Source: Monocercomonoides exilis PA203 (Eukaryota; Protista; Preaxostyla). Taken from it: a DNA stretch of 64,000 nucleotides. The notes below the pieces were generated by a model. That model was not told the DNA's origin. It did not search any database and saw only the letters and a program-made list of their open reading frames with translations. Positions 39,621-54,329 of this stretch are shown here, piece by piece (within the stretch, counting starts at the first letter, position 1; each line of letters begins with the position of its first letter). The stretch lies in contig LSRY02000050.1 in the NCBI GenBank assembly GCA_001643675.2, positions 124,001-188,000 of the forward strand. Reading direction: 5' to 3'. Position numbers and translations under genes: made by a program.

Positions 39621-41040
39621 TCAAATGTTAACAGAAAAATCAGAAATATTCAATGATAAAAAATAATTATAATTTCCTTTCAAAAACTCTAAAGTTTCAT
39701 GAAAGCTGGTGATGACATCTTCGTACCCTTCTTCTTCCATCACTTCAAAAAACTTCCTTTTCGTTGCCTTTCTTTCCTCTTCTTCCTTTTCGTCTTCATT
39801 CTTTTTTTCCAATCGATTTGAAACGCTCATAAAGAATTGTAAGCATTCATTTACATTACGATCGTTCAATGTTTGTTGCTGCATCTCCTCCAAAACAGCA
39901 TAAACTGCTTCTCCATTTAATAAATCTTCGACTTTCACAACTCTCCTTTCTGCTGCAATTTTCAAGGAATAAAGGCATTGATTGCTAATTACACCATTAT
40001 TCTCTTTTGCTGCCCGATATATCTGTACAATTCTGTTGAAAATACCAATATATTCTTCATGATGCAATGAACAGTGGTTTAAATAAGCATCGAACATTTG
40101 AAGCCATCTCATCAAAATAACCTCTTCTTTCGTTTCTTTTCCTCGTTTCACTTCTTTTCTCTTCCAATCCACATATTTCATCAGCTCTTTCAGTTCTATT
40201 TCTGCTTCTCTCACAAAATGCAGATCATTCACAATCACCTCTTCCACATTCTCAGCACTCCAAAGAGTGTAAATCAGAATTATCCAAGCAGACTGATACG
40301 CAAGTTGAGTCAGATTGAGATGCTCCTGATGGTGTTGAATGATCTTTTTGATTTCCTTTAAGTACAGTTTTTGTTGATTTTTCTTAAAAAAAATAAAAAA
40401 GAAAAATATCAATAATTGAAGCAAAAACAACTCAACAAATTAATCAATTAACAAATCATACTCTCCACTTCGTAATGTTACTCAGTGTCAACAAAGCCAT
40501 TTCCACCTCTTTTTGAACTTCTTCGCTTTCCTCTTTTACCGATGCAGCTTTCAGAAGGAAGGGCAAGCAAATTGAAAGCGTTTTAGAATTAATTTTATCA
40601 TACAGCAAAACATAAAATTCACAAAGATCAACAAGAAGCTTTTCGTTCTTTCCTTCTTCTTTCTTCTCTTCTTCAAAAATCATCTGTTTGAATCTTCTGC
40701 TCAGTGAAGATTCATCAAAGTGTAGGTCGAACAAACTTTTCAACTTTCTGCAATATCCAACATGTTTCAGCAGCAAAATTGCATTCTCCATTGACATTTT
40801 CTTTTCTTCAATCATTTTTTCTATTTTGTCGAATGTTTCATCGTTGATAATGGATTCGAGTTCACTAAAAGCCATTCCATCAACTATTTCATTCATTTCT
40901 TCAATTTTTTGCTTCTGCTCTGCTTCAGTGAAATGTTCCATCTGTGAAAGTTTCTCTAAAAAAGGTGAAAAATCAAAAGAGAAAAAAGAAGCATTTTTTT
41001 TTAAACCAACTATTTCTTTTAACACTTTGCAAACTGAGAA
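39621..41040 (-). CDS. Uncharacterised helical multigene-family protein (third copy); start codon uncertain
   Basis: The exon ending EVEMALLTLSNITKWR and the exon starting KNQQKLYLKEI are joined by GT-AG intron 40383-40461, at the same position as in the paralogs. Upstream acceptor at 40956-40957. Confidence 0.75.
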
Positions 41041-42750
41041 ATATTTGCTTTTTTGAAGGTGACTGTGAAATCGCAAAATGAATTCAAAACAGTTTATAAA
41101 TTCGTTTTCGAAATATTCGTTGAATATTCGAATTAAAAGAATTAAAAGCACCAAATCAAAATTTTATAAACAACACAGGATTCGAAACCTCTTTTGCCAT
41201 CAAAGATTTTTGCATCAAAACAAGCAAATCTTTGTATTAAAAAATCTATTTTTCGCGCAAATAAGTAAGGGTTCACAACATATAATTTATAAAGTTATTT
41301 TTTTTAAATTGGTGATTTGCTACAGTCAGAGCATGTTTGAGCTGCTTGTGCATACAACTACAGATGCAACCATGCGAGTTATATCCCCACAGAAGAATAG
41401 GAATTTTGCTTACAGATGGAGAAGCGAGTGGCTGTTTGCATCGATTGCTTGCGAAAAGTGAATAAGTGGAAGAAATTGCATGAAATTTGAACTTGGTTAA
41501 AAATCGCAAAATATATGAGGCAACATCATCTGCGATATTTTGAATGAAAAATAACTCAAGCAAGATGCAAAAAAAGCGATAAGAATGTTTCTGAAGGATT
41601 GAATTGAACCACTTGTTCATTTCGAGGGAAATGCAGTACACTTGACATATCTATTGGGTAGGACTTGTTTTGTGTGGTTCTTTGGGGGGAAGGTTGGTTT
41701 TGTGGAAAAGGAAATAGAATTGGGGGATTGGACAATGGAGGAAACGAGTTGAACGATGCACTCAGCAGGCCTCAACAACAATCGCATTTGCATTTCGCAC
41801 TAATCCTGCAGGAAATCTATCAACAAAGACATGGCGTTGAATAAGTCATTGAAAAGGAGTTCATTACTTTATCATTTGGAGAATATTAATTTTCACTTGC
41901 ATCATTATCGGTTTCATAAAGGATTTTTTGCTTTCGAGGATGTTCTAGATCAGCCATTTGTTGTCCAGTAGTCTGTTTTTTTTATGTGGCAAGAGGCAAT
42001 TTTGGAGAACAAGAAAGCCAGCTGGGCTGATAATTACCAATCAATTGGAAATGGGAAAAACATTGAAAGAAAAAAAGATGGTTTGATTATTTTTATTTCA
42101 TTCATGTTTCTTTAAAGTTACTCTTTGAATGAATAGAGATTGGCCACGAACAGGAATGACAGGAAAGAAATCTTTTTTTATTTAGCAAAAGAACCAGAAG
42201 TTTTGAGATTATTCTTGTTTGGATTGCATTCAACAATAACATTCGTTACTTCCACCATCTGCCTTGCATGCATAGCATAACAATGCTTGATATGAGCTTG
42301 AAAGCGAAAAGCAGTTTGTTTGGCTCGTTTGTTGAGAGTGCTTGGCAGAAGCGACTTATTTGTCGGAGCAGATGGGCTGGCTGAGCATTCACATTCAAAA
42401 AAGCAACAAAATTTTCATGTTATTTATATTTCTTCATTTCAGAAAACTGCTTGATAGAAACATGCAACTGGAAGATTTTATGGCAAGACTCACACTTTTG
42501 ATGCAATTGGCAGAAATGGATGTATAAAATGTGAAAAGGATTTTCGAAACTTTGAATTGGGATCAAAAATTGGAGGATTTCCAAAAGGAGAAGAGAAAAA
42601 GGAGATAAGATGGAGCAATGGACTGGAAAATAAGGAAAAATGATTGTGGAAAAGAAAAGTTGCACTGAGGGGAAATGGAGGAAAGAATAACAAAAAGAGG
42701 AGAAAGAGCGAGAACCTAACAATTCTGAAGAAAGAGAATCATACCATTGG

Positions 42751-42781
<31 letters not shown>

Positions 42782-43260
42782 GAAAAAAATTAATAGTTCA
42801 AGAATGAGTTGAAAAATATCTGAATAAAATAAAATTAGTTAATAAAAATAATTTTCACAGTTGAAAAATGAGTTTTCAAGACTTATTAGATGAATTAAAA
42901 AATATAGAAAAATATCAAAATTATTGGGTTATTTTGAAATTATCCAATAATTTTGAAATTGTCCATGGAACTTTTGAAAAATTTAGGGAAATTTTGCAAT
43001 TAGTTAGGAAGCTAATTTTATTCTGTGAAAATATATATTTTGCAAAAAACATAAAGTAATTCAAAGCAAATATTCATGTTATTCTCTTGTGTTTTTAGTG
43101 TTAATATCTAATAATATAACTTATTTGCTGTTTTTTTAGGAAATTAAAAAATAATTTTTTTAAATAAGCTTTTAAATCCAATTATGTTCTTTTCTAAGAC
43201 TTTTTTTTTGTTCGAGTTTTTCAAATGAAAAATACTTCTCATTAAGCTTGAAGATTAAAA

Positions 43261-44600
43261 ATGTTCATTATTAAACAGAATGAATGGATGCAACAAAAAG
43301 CCAATCATTTTTTTTGTTTGAATGGGTTGACTGTTCATCACCACAAGGAGGCGTCCCTCATGTGCAAGATTATTCAAATGCTATTCTGTCAGTTGAGAAT
43401 TCTTCATTCACAAGCAGCAATGCTTCTTCCACAAAAGGTGGGTGAATATTTGTCTTCAAAATTGCTAAACACACTGTGCTTCATTCAACATTCACCCAAA
43501 GTTCGGTTGCAGCAACAACACACTTTAGTGATGCAGGAATCATGGCAGAAGATATTCACACTTAACCAGTTGTTGATGATTGCTCCTTTCAAAATTACTC
43601 TTCTGGAGACAATAGAGGAGGAATTTGTTTTAATCAAGAAGTTGTTCAAAAACAAAAGCAATGCGTTGTGAGTTCCTTTTTTTGAAAACAACAGGCGTAA
43701 TAGTTCATCTGATGGCACGGGTGGTGCAATTGAGCATTGGCTTTCAATGAACAAAGTCTTTATGATTAACTGCCTATTTTGTTACTGCTTTTCGATGACA
43801 GCATGAGTTGCTTTTGGCTCACAAATAGATGTTGTTTATTGAGGAATTTTTATTTTTCTGTTGTTTTTTCCACAAAAGTTCATGTGTGAAATGCAGACAT
43901 GACATTCTTCTTCAAAACTTTTCATCAAACAACATTCACATAAGATGTTATACAAACAGACAAACACCAAACAGAGTTAGCTCAAAATACAACTCTGTTG
44001 TTGATAAAAGTGAATAGCTTGATAATGTTGGTGGACGAACCACATTTGATTTTTTCAACTGCAGCACAATCAAATTCCAAAGGCATTTTTTCATGTGGAA
44101 TCAATGAAAGCTATCCGTATAACACTATCAGCCATTGTTTAACTCAACTTTTTCCACGTTATACAAATGAAGTTCAGATATATACAGGAACAATAACAAA
44201 AATAAGAAGTGAAGACTTCGATACCAACGCTATTGTGATATGTGGACAAAGTGGTGTGAGCGCAACTGCCCAAACAGAATTTGAAGCAGCCAATGTTTTT
44301 CTCATTACAGTTTCAACAGGAACTTGCTCTTGTGCATAACTCAGAAGAAGTGAGTGTAAGTTCCATTCTTCTCAAATACACTTGAGTGATAAATAATGTT
44401 GGAACAACAGGCTGCACAACTCTTTTCTCACTAAGTCTCCTGTTTTCACGAACCCTCCATGAGAGTTCTATTAGCTACAGCTCCATTATCATCTGCTCAT
44501 GTTCTCCAGTAAAAGGTCAACAATGTGTGAGTATCACTGATTGAATTTCCTCGGATAACTGTCATTTTTATAATTTCACATCATCTGGGTCTGTTTTCTC
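43261..44600 (+). pseudogene. Decayed Cys-containing surface-protein-like gene
   Basis: Fragments with GGAI-like segments and CGINESYPYNTISHCL, resembling the CG...PC motifs of 21723-24695. Many stops and frameshifts. Confidence 0.5.
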
Positions 44601-46699
44601 CAGCTATTGTCTTTTCTTCGCTTTCAGTTCCATGACTGATGATACCATCTCTTCTCCTGATCTCTTTTGGGGAAAATTGAATGTTTTTATTAAATTCCAT
44701 TCAATCTGACAGAAAAACAATTCTCAAACTATTTTCGTCGTCATCATCAACCTTTTTTTCTTCTTATTCCTCATTTTTTTTATTCTTTTTCTTCATCGTT
44801 TCCTGCCTTTTTTGTTTCGAATGTTTTTTAAGAAAATTATGCTTTCTCAAGATTTGAGATATATATATTTCATTCGAACATTTCTTTGAATGAAAATGAC
44901 TGCGATAAGAAACAGGAGATTAAAGAGAAAGAATAAGGAAAAGAAGAATGCAACGATGAAGATGACAACACTGATGAAAATGTTTGATGAGAAGTTAAAT
45001 GATCAATCCCATCAAATCATGGATCAAAGAACTGCAACATGCTGTTGATCACCAATTCCATGTTCTTTAGGAGATCTAAACGATGTTCTGAAGAAGCAGA
45101 TACTGATGAATCTTGGCAAGATATAATTCCTTCTCCATCTTCAATATCATCGTCTCGTGAAACTTTACACTCACTACCCGTCCCACAGCAGCGTCCCAAA
45201 GCATATCGACACGTATTCCTCATTTCTCTTCAGCTGCAACCCCACCAATGCCACTAGCAGCCGCACCATTTGAAACAGCGCCCTCTGCCCTTCTTTCTTC
45301 ACCACAGCTAACTGCACAGCATCCACTCACCACCTCAGCCCAACCAACGCTCTCATCCATTTTCACGCAGATGCTATAGAAAGCATACTCACCGTGCGTT
45401 GCAGTTCCTGTTCACATTCTTCGTAATCACTCTGTATTCTTTCAACGTTAGAGGAACTCTCCAGTGAGTTGCATTGCATATATCCGGAAGTCGAAGATGC
45501 AATAAGAAGAAGTCGTTGAACTGGCACGTCTCCAGCACCGAAGCAAACGGTGGCAGACAGCACGGCGATAGATAAAATGAATCCAAAAAGATACAAGGCA
45601 ACAGACACCTGTGGAGTCTGCAAATTACAAATACACAGAAGAGATTCCATTTGATCAGACGTGATATTTCTACAACGTGCCCTTGATGACAAAGACAAAG
45701 AAGTCGATATGTGTCATTCTTTTTGAAAAGTTCCTCAACTTTAATTTTGTCCCACAAAAGATCATATATGATGAAAAAATGTTGATCATTCCGTTCCCAT
45801 TATTGTTAAAATGGTTATAAATATTGTTATTTTCTGAGCTTATTATTGAAAAGCATTTCAAAAATCTGATGATAACATACAGAACGTTAATAGTATAACA
45901 AAAAACGCTTTTGTTTGCTGCTTCATTCGAGCTATTTGAATCAAATGAATTGCATGTTCTTATTTCTGCTTTTTCATTTCATCTGTTTGAATATTCATTT
46001 TTATTTCATTGATTATAACTAAGTTTTTTTAATTATCTTTTGATTCCAGACAAATAAAATTGACTTTCTTGTTTTGGAGTATTTTTAAATAATAATTGGG
46101 TGATAATTTTAGAAATCATAACTTTTTTCGGTGTGTCAGTTTTCAAAGATTGTCGGTTTTATAAAAGAAAATTTCAATTCAAAAGTGAAAAAACATGAAA
46201 ATTGTTTTTAAAAGCAAATACTTAAACCGAATTGTGGATAAAAATGTCTTTAATAAGCATTTTCACTTTTCAATGTTCATTTTATAATATTCAAGTGAAA
46301 TTTTTGAACTGAAAATTTTCAAACAGGAAAGATTTATCAAAACAATACCCGTTGCATTAGAATAATAGACTTAAAGGAGTTGACATGGAGCAATTATTAA
46401 TGCTATTACAAAAACTGGAAGTTAGATATATTAATTTTCAAAATAAATATCCATTTATTTCAAACTCAAAAATGCCATCTTTTCCAGTATTTAGATTCAA
46501 CAAGTTTGTATCAAACAAGTTTCTTTCAACTCAGAATGTGCCTTTTCCTTCTCCCTTTCAGTTTAAACAGATGCATTATATAAAGACGTTCTGCTTCAAT
46601 CTTTTCAAATAGCATGAAAAAAGTTTGCTTTTTCGGCTGGTCGTCCATTCTGATACAAATATGGATGCTGTTAGCTCTTCGGGTGGCACTTCTTGCTGA

Positions 46700-49600
46700 C
46701 TTGATAAGAAATGTCTCATCAAATTTCATGTGTCATTTGCAGAGAAGCAGTCATCTCTTCGTTCAACGCCTTTGTCTTCTTCGTCTTCAACAGGAGCAGC
46801 ACGCCGATCAACTGCTCCATTCCGGAAGCGAAGAAGCAAAGATAAGAAGGCGGTGGGAAATTTTTTGTTATCGTCGGAACATGCAATCAATTTCTTCGGA
46901 TGTCATTGTGGTGGTGGCGTTTATAACTTCAACAGCATCGATGGAAAAAACGATATGCGGCTTCGAATTGTGATGTCTGAGGCGGCTGATGTGAATGCGC
47001 AGCACATGCAGCTTGCGCCGCATACGATTATATTAATATGATGTAGCGCAGCGTGCGGTGCTGCACGGGGGCGTTGAGTGTGCGTGCGATGTGGCGCTTT
47101 CGGCTATGCTTTCGGTTCCGCTGGTGGCACCGCTTCCTTCACTTGCAGCGTCGGTGGACACAAAGTCAGGGAGAAAGAGAATCTTTGTAGTGGAGGAAGT
47201 GAATGCTTTACCGTCGATCTACGATCTGTTTGACCAGTCGCTGCAAATATTGCGATCGCAGCAGTCGAGGCGTATGGAGGTGAAGTTGGATTACGAAGTG
47301 ACGGGGGCGAGGGGATGCAGTGTGTGATGTGGAGGAGATTGTGGAGAAGTGGCTGTATGTGGTGGGGCTGAGGATGGAGGATGTGATTCTGTCACCAGCA
47401 GCGATAGTTCTGGCAGAGCTGGAGGAGCGAAAACATGGAGAGGAAGGAGAACGATTCAGCAGGAGACGCAGATGAATGTTTGAGTATTTCAACAATGAAA
47501 AGTTTTATTGAAATGATGAGATTTGTGAAGCTGTTGAAAAAATGAGCGAATGATTTGTCAACAATTGAGGAAAAAGGCAAATCCGATGAAGAAGCAAGTG
47601 GAAGAAAGTTATTTGATTTTTGAAGAGTGATAAAAAGAAGAGGAGAAAGAGGAGGAAGAGGGAGGAAAAATTGAGTGCACTAAGAAGAAGGAGTGATGAG
47701 ATTGTTCTATCTGGTAGATGGCCGATGAACAGCGTCTCGAACCAAAAAGGTAATCAGCGAATGATGCGTGTGCGCATTGCAGACGAGCAAATTTTGGATG
47801 TGCTAGGCGAGCTGAACATACTGCTGCCTTAAAGCTGTGCAAAGATACAGATGAAATGGTGGAGATCCAGTTGAGAAACAAAGTCGAAGAGGAATCAAAC
47901 TTTTGAGCCGTGTGAGGTCCTCATGCAGCATGGGACTAAGAGTGAAGCAGGGATGAAGCAGGCGATTTCAGAAGACTTTGCGGTTATGTTTTTCTCCCTT
48001 GTTGAATAGTTCGAGCAAAAGCAGAGGAGTACGAGTTTGTGTGTGGTATCTTTATCAGCCAGGATGAGCTGATCCGCCTTGTGAATGTGCACATTGTGAT
48101 AAAGCCGCAGCGACTTTGCTGAGGAGTGACAGAGCCTGTTGTGATGGAGTGCAGATGATTCGGTGAAGGTGAAGTTAACAACGGAGAAGGGAATTGAAGC
48201 TTCACGGCAGAGCAGAGAAGGAGCAGCAGGTAATGCGAAAAAGATTCTGAGCAATTGTTCAGCGATGCTTTCAGTGCATGCGTTTGAGGATGTGTCTGAT
48301 GGGGCGTCTCAAGAGGATACGCAGCTGATATGGCTAGGTGAGTGAATTGAGGCGGAGGTGCAGAAGGCGGGGGGGCGTGTTCATTCAACACGTCAGACAA
48401 GAGGCTAGGTACAGAAGAGGAGTTTATTCAGAGAAGACAGTCGAATGCTGTACAAACAATAGGGTAATGCGGCTATGATGCTTCGTACCCAATTTCAAAC
48501 CAACCTCGCTTTCTCAGCGGTTGTTCCTATGGATGCTCCCAAGGAATTGAAGATGGCTGCAGATGATTTGCATTACAATTTTGTTTCTTCTTCCACTTCT
48601 TTTCTTCGTCAATTTCTATTTTTTTTTTGAGTGTCTATTCCTTCTTCTCATCATCCTCTTCATCTCAAATTTCTCATCTGTCACATTCCTCTTCTTCTTC
48701 CTCTTCATCAGCCTCAACGCATACATCTCTGGAAGCACCTGCTTTGAACAGTATATCAAATGCGTGTGTTCTGACAAGTTTCCCGTAGATGTGCTTGTTT
48801 CATTGGCTTTACGGTTTTTGCGCAGCTCCATCGACCTCCTCATCTCCTGATGCGACGAAGAAGAGCGCTTGTGCAACGAATGGGAAGAGTGTGACGAAGG
48901 CATCAGAGGTGGCACATCGTCAAGAGGAGTGGTGGATTTGAACAGACGAGGAGGCGAATAGAAGAAGCGCTTATGCGAAGAAATGTGTGAAGATGGAGAG
49001 TATGTGCCAAGGAGAAGCGGTGGTGCATCAGCAGCGGAGAAGGATAGAGGGACAGACAGAGCTGATGAAAGAGAAGAGGAGGAAGTGGTGGAGATGACAG
49101 CAGACGAAGTGAATGGAGCTGGCAAGTTTGATGAGGTAGTTGGGGTTGCAAGAGCAGCAGATTGTTGGAGGCTTTCTGGCTGAGCCAAATGAGAAGGGCG
49201 CGAGGGAGAGCTCGCCTGTGTGAGTGACTACTGCGATGTGGCTGAGGATGTGCGGGTGTGGAGAGAGTTCGTGTTCAAAGAGGAAGACAATGATTGAGAT
49301 TGAGACTGAGACTGAGATGAAGGCTGAGGCTGTCGGGTGAGTGCAGAACCAGGAGAGGTGGATGGAGACATCTGCTGGATGGGCTGAGAGAAGGAAAGAA
49401 GAGCAGAGAAAGAGGAGGAAGCGAGAGATGTTGGAGAAGTTAGAGAGGCCAAGGAAGAAGAAGCAGAGGAAGATAAAGGTGGAAGGGAAGAAGACGACGA
49501 CGACGAAGAAGATGATGATACAATGGATGCAGTTGAAGATACCCCAAGCACAATCGTCGGAGCCAACAGTGATGCAAAAACAGAAGACGATGTGTCATCA

Positions 49601-50300
49601 AAGAAAGAGCGAAGCATGGCCAACACAAAAGTGGAAGAAAATGGAGCGTATGAGGTGCTTATCTTAGAGCGGTGAGCTGTTGATGAGTGTGTGAGTGCTA
49701 TTGACGTGGTTGTTTGAGTGACGGGGGGTGCAGGGAAGATGAGGATAGTTGTTGAGACAGAGGCAAAGGCAGGCACTGTTAATGTGGTAGAAGTGGAAGC
49801 AGAAGAAGAAGAAGAAGAAAAAGAAAAAGAAGGAGAGGAAGAGGAAGAGGAAGAGGAAGAGGAGAAGAAGGAGAAGGCGAAGGCGAAGGAGAATGAAAGA
49901 GAGGAAACAAGGGCTGGAGTTGAATGGCTTGGGGAAACGAATGAAGATGAAGCATATGGTTGTGTAGGAGTTTTTGAATGTTGTGAGCGAAGAGTGGGAG
50001 GCGAATTTGGAAGAATGGAAGGTGAGGAAGTTTGTGGAGTGGGAGAAGATGCATGCGGTGCGGATGAATGCGTGTGATGTGGTGATGATGAGCACGACAG
50101 CTTCGTAGATGTCGACTGAGGTACTGATGCAAGCGACAGGATCGATCGCGCTGCAAAGTGGCAGTGCGAAAAAAACATAAAGCAATTCACTGAAGTGTGA
50201 TGGAGCTCTTACGTAGTTTTGTGCGTTACGCTTCTTGTTGAGAAAAGTGTCTGTTCAATTATATGAACATTTGATGACTTGGTAGTCGAATGAGTGTCAC
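46700..50300. other. GC-richer, probably coding or decayed region with Ser/Pro- versus Glu-rich low complexity; product and strand unresolved
   Basis: Long biased ORFs on both strands (49228-50190 minus, 48616-49188 minus, 47058-47327 plus). No motif recognised. Confidence 0.3.
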
Positions 50301-50604
50301 ATCAGAGAGTGAGGGCTCATGGTGGGGTGAAAGCAGAAGGGAGGACGCCTGAGGCAGAGTGGAGGGACAGGAGGAATGTGTCGCAGGATGCGGAGAAAGA
50401 AGTGCTGCTTGAGTTTCTGGAGTGGAAGAATCTGCAAAGAGTAGAAGTGGATTTGTTGATGATTATATGGTAGTTAAAGGAGAAGAGCGTATCTGAAATT
50501 GTGGTTTGGATCCTGTTGGATGTATAAAGGATAGTGCTGTGGCGTAAATGCATGAGACAATTATGGCGAAAGGGAGGCAAGTGTGTTAGAGTTTCGCCAT
50601 CTGA

Positions 50605-51400
50605 TCAATGTGCATATTTTTTTGATTGGAATAGAAGAAGAAAAGTTGTAGGATGAGGAAGAAGAAGAGATGTTGAAGAGATATTGAAAATGGAGTGAAG
50701 AGGAAGGGAAGATGAAAGAGAGAAAATAAGTTTTGATGATTCCGTTTCAACGCTTGTTGTTATCATTGCTGAATTGATTGTTGAACTTGAATCAGAGACT
50801 GTCCAGCCACTTTGATCATTATTTCCTCGAATTTCATTATAGCGATTGGGAAAGTTAAGTTCATCATCTGTCATAATCATGAGATTCACAATGACTTTCT
50901 TTGTTCCTGTTTGACGTGTGAGTGAGTGTTTCATTGTCAAGCAAGGGAATTGGACAATTCCGCAATGAGAATGATTGGATGCATCTGTACCACTCACACG
51001 TATTTTTTCTGGTATGGGGAGGAGATAGATGCAGAGAAGGATGGCGGCGCTGGAGTTTCCATTGTCGTATCCTCTCACTCTGTCGACTGAGTCCAAAGAG
51101 GCTGTTTCATATGAGATCATTTGAGGATTGGCGACTGCCTGCAGATTGGATGAAATGACAAAGATATCATTCCCCCATTTGGCTGTGTTTGTTCCAAAGG
51201 AGGAAGAAATCATGAAAGTGGGACTTTCATTCAGCAATTAAAGAAGGATTTCTCCTATAAGTCCATTCAATGTGGAGCAAAAGCATCCATCACACATCCC
51301 GCCTTTCACTTTCACTTCGTTCGCTTCTCCTGTACATAGCATTGTTGATCCCCCATCAGCCAATGTGGTGCTTCCACGTCTGAAAATACTCTCGAAATCA
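50605..51400 (-). pseudogene. Fragment of a beta-helix-type surface protein family member
   Basis: SFGTNTAKWGNDIFV and HSHCGIVQFPCLTMKHSL, plus an upstream AKGGMC segment, resemble the surface-protein family. Truncated and frameshifted. Confidence 0.55.
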
Positions 51401-52287
51401 TATCTTTATCTATTATGAAATTGAAAAAACAAATGTTGGCTATCAACTGCGAACTATTCAATTAAAAAAGCATTATTGAATAATAAATTAATAAAAAAAT
51501 ATATTTGTGAAAATAAAATGAAAACCACTAAATTTATCATAATTTCAGATGCATCGAATATGTGTGTTCTATCTTCGCTTTTGTGTTAAGTTCATGTTCA
51601 TAATGCAAATGAAAAAATACTATTCATTTGAAATTTTGAATAAACATAAAAAATCGAGTTAATCTGAAAAAAAAAATCGATACACGCCTTGCTCATTTCA
51701 TTGATAAACAATTGCAAAGGTGTTCAATCAAGAAAAAAACATTTTCATTGAAAAACTGACATTTAAATTTTGATCAAAAACTTGGATGAATAATTTTTTT
51801 CTTTAAAATATTTCTTCTCATTAATAAGTATGCAATCAACAAACGAACATTTTCATGCTTGTTTCAAATTATCAAAAAAATAATGGAAATGGGGCAATAA
51901 TTTTTCTTTTAAGAAAAAAACAACTATTTGTTCCAAACTTTTTCTCCAACTTTACATTAAAAGTCTTTCATTTCTACGTCAAAAAAATACAGAAAAATTC
52001 TAAAACTGAGAAAAATATTTGTTAGAGAAGAATGAAACAAAATTCTTAAAACAAAAAATTTTGTCCCAAATGGAATGATAATTTTTAATCTTCCACGGGT
52101 CAGATATTTGATCTTTTGTCACTTTATAAAAAGAATGACCCATATCAACAAAATTATAATTTGTTTGCTTGTGTCTTGCGTAATTTAATTTTATAAATTA
52201 GCCCTACGTGACGTGAGGAAAAAAAATTTGTCACGTCCTTCACTAATTTTCCACTTCTTAAAAAAATTAACAAAAAAATTTTTTATA

Positions 52288-54188
52288 CCATTGGTCGAAA
52301 ACTCGGTAAGTGGTGGAAAACCCGGTAGTTGATCACTCGAAATAGTCGGTTTTTTCAAAGTTGAAGCCATCTCAATTCATTTAAAACATATTATTTTTGT
52401 TTTGGAAGATGTTTGTGAAAATAAAATTTTATTTTTGTAAAAAAAAATTTTCGAAATTCGTTGAGAATATTTTTTTCTATAATTTGATCTAAAGCATTAA
52501 AATATAAAAATCATACAAAAATCTCAGCTGCAGTGTGCTGTTCATATCTACCGAAAATATTTTATTAAGCTATTAATAATAAATTGTATTTCTATATTAA
52601 ACAACTATCATATTTTGTGAACGGGGACGCCAGATACATGTTTTGATTGGAACTTGCATTTTTGGAAGTCAAACATTTCATATGCAAGCTAACAGTTTGT
52701 TATTTTTTAAATGTTGTGCACTTTATTATTTTTTGCTATTCTCATAGTTAAAAATCCAAATTCCTGCATTTTAGCTGCTTTGACGATTGCATATTTTCAT
52801 TTGAGTTTATCAGTGTTAAATATATCATGACGTTTACAATTGAACAATATTGTGTAGAAAATACTAAATTCTTGAGATTATCCAATTTTTAAAACATCAA
52901 AAAAAGTTGATTCTGATATTTTTGACTTTTATCATTTTTTATAATTTGACGATAAGTTTGTAAAATGTTTGTTTCATGTTCCAATTTTGTCTGTATTTGT
53001 TATTTTATGTTAAGAAGTTGTTTTATAATTTAATTTAAAATTTTATATTTCGTTTATGATAATGATTTGACAAAAGATATTGAACTGTTGTTTTTCACAG
53101 AATCGTTTAATAAACAAAGTTTTCATTCAAGTTCTAAAGAATATCGAACAAAATTGTGCAATATTTATTAACTATTTCAAATTTTAATTTATTATGGTCA
53201 TTGCAAAATCTGATTCATCTACAAATAACTTAAAATTATCAATCTTGTATTTTTAAATGCAACATTGAATTTTTGGTTATCACAAACCGGTTTAAAAAGA
53301 TAATAGGTTGATTCAACATATTGCCATTGTTATTTGAAAATTCATTGAAAAGTTTCAAAATTTGTGATCTTATAATTAACAACAAACTTTATCGAATAAA
53401 TAAAAAATTTCATTTGAATAAACTAAACAAAACAAAAATCATTAACAAAATGTTAATAATGTTGAATATGCTATTCAAACACAGTTAAAATCAAAACTTG
53501 AAACAAACATTTTTACAAACTTATCGTCAAATTATAAAAAATGATAAAAGTCAAAAATATCAGAATCAACTTTTTTTGATGTTTTAAAAATTGGATAATC
53601 TCAAGAATTTAGTATTTTCTACACAATATTGTTCAATTGTAAACGTCATGATATATTTAACACTGATAAACTCAAATGAAAATATGCAATCGTCAAAGCA
53701 GCTAAAATGCAGGAATTTGGATTTTTAACTATGAGAATAGCAAAAAATAATAAAGTGCACAACATTTAAAAAATAACAAACTGTTAGCTTGCATATGAAA
53801 TGTTTGACTTCCAAAAATGCAAGTTCCAATCAAAACATGTATCTGGCGTCCCCGTTCACAAAATATGATAGTTGTTTAATATAGAAATACAATTTATTAT
53901 TAATAGCTTAATAAAATATTTTCGGTAGATATGAACAGCACACTGCAGCTGAGATTTTTGTATGATTTTTATATTTTAATGCTTTAGATCAAATTATAGA
54001 AAAAAATATTCTCAACGAATTTCGAAAATTTTTTTTTACAAACATAAAATTTTATTTTCACAAATATCTTCCAAAACAAAAATAATATGTTTTAAATGAA
54101 TTGAGATGGCTTCAACTTTGAAAAAACCGACTATTTCGAGTGATCAACTACCGGGTTTTCCACCACTTACCGAGTTTTCGACCAATGG
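52288..54188. mobile_element. 1.9-kb non-coding foldback element, TA-flanked (Tc1/mariner-type MITE-like)
   Basis: Arms ~52288-52976 and ~53499-54188 are near-perfect reverse complements starting CCATTGGTCGAAAACTCGGTAAGTGG. TA at 52286-52287 and 54189-54190. Confidence 0.9.
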
Positions 54189-54329
54189 TATTAAAAATAA
54201 TAATATAATTATTATTGTTATTGTTATTAATTTGAAACAAAAACAAGTATTTTCAAAACATTAAATAAATTATTCGTTTTTATTTTCTTTCTTCGATAAG
54301 TTTAAGATTAAGTTTTCCCATTGCAACAT

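Noticed and set aside
52097-52141. GGGTCA...TGACCC mini-element resembling pogo ends
   Set aside because: Only 6-bp arms and no TA duplication, so too short to support.
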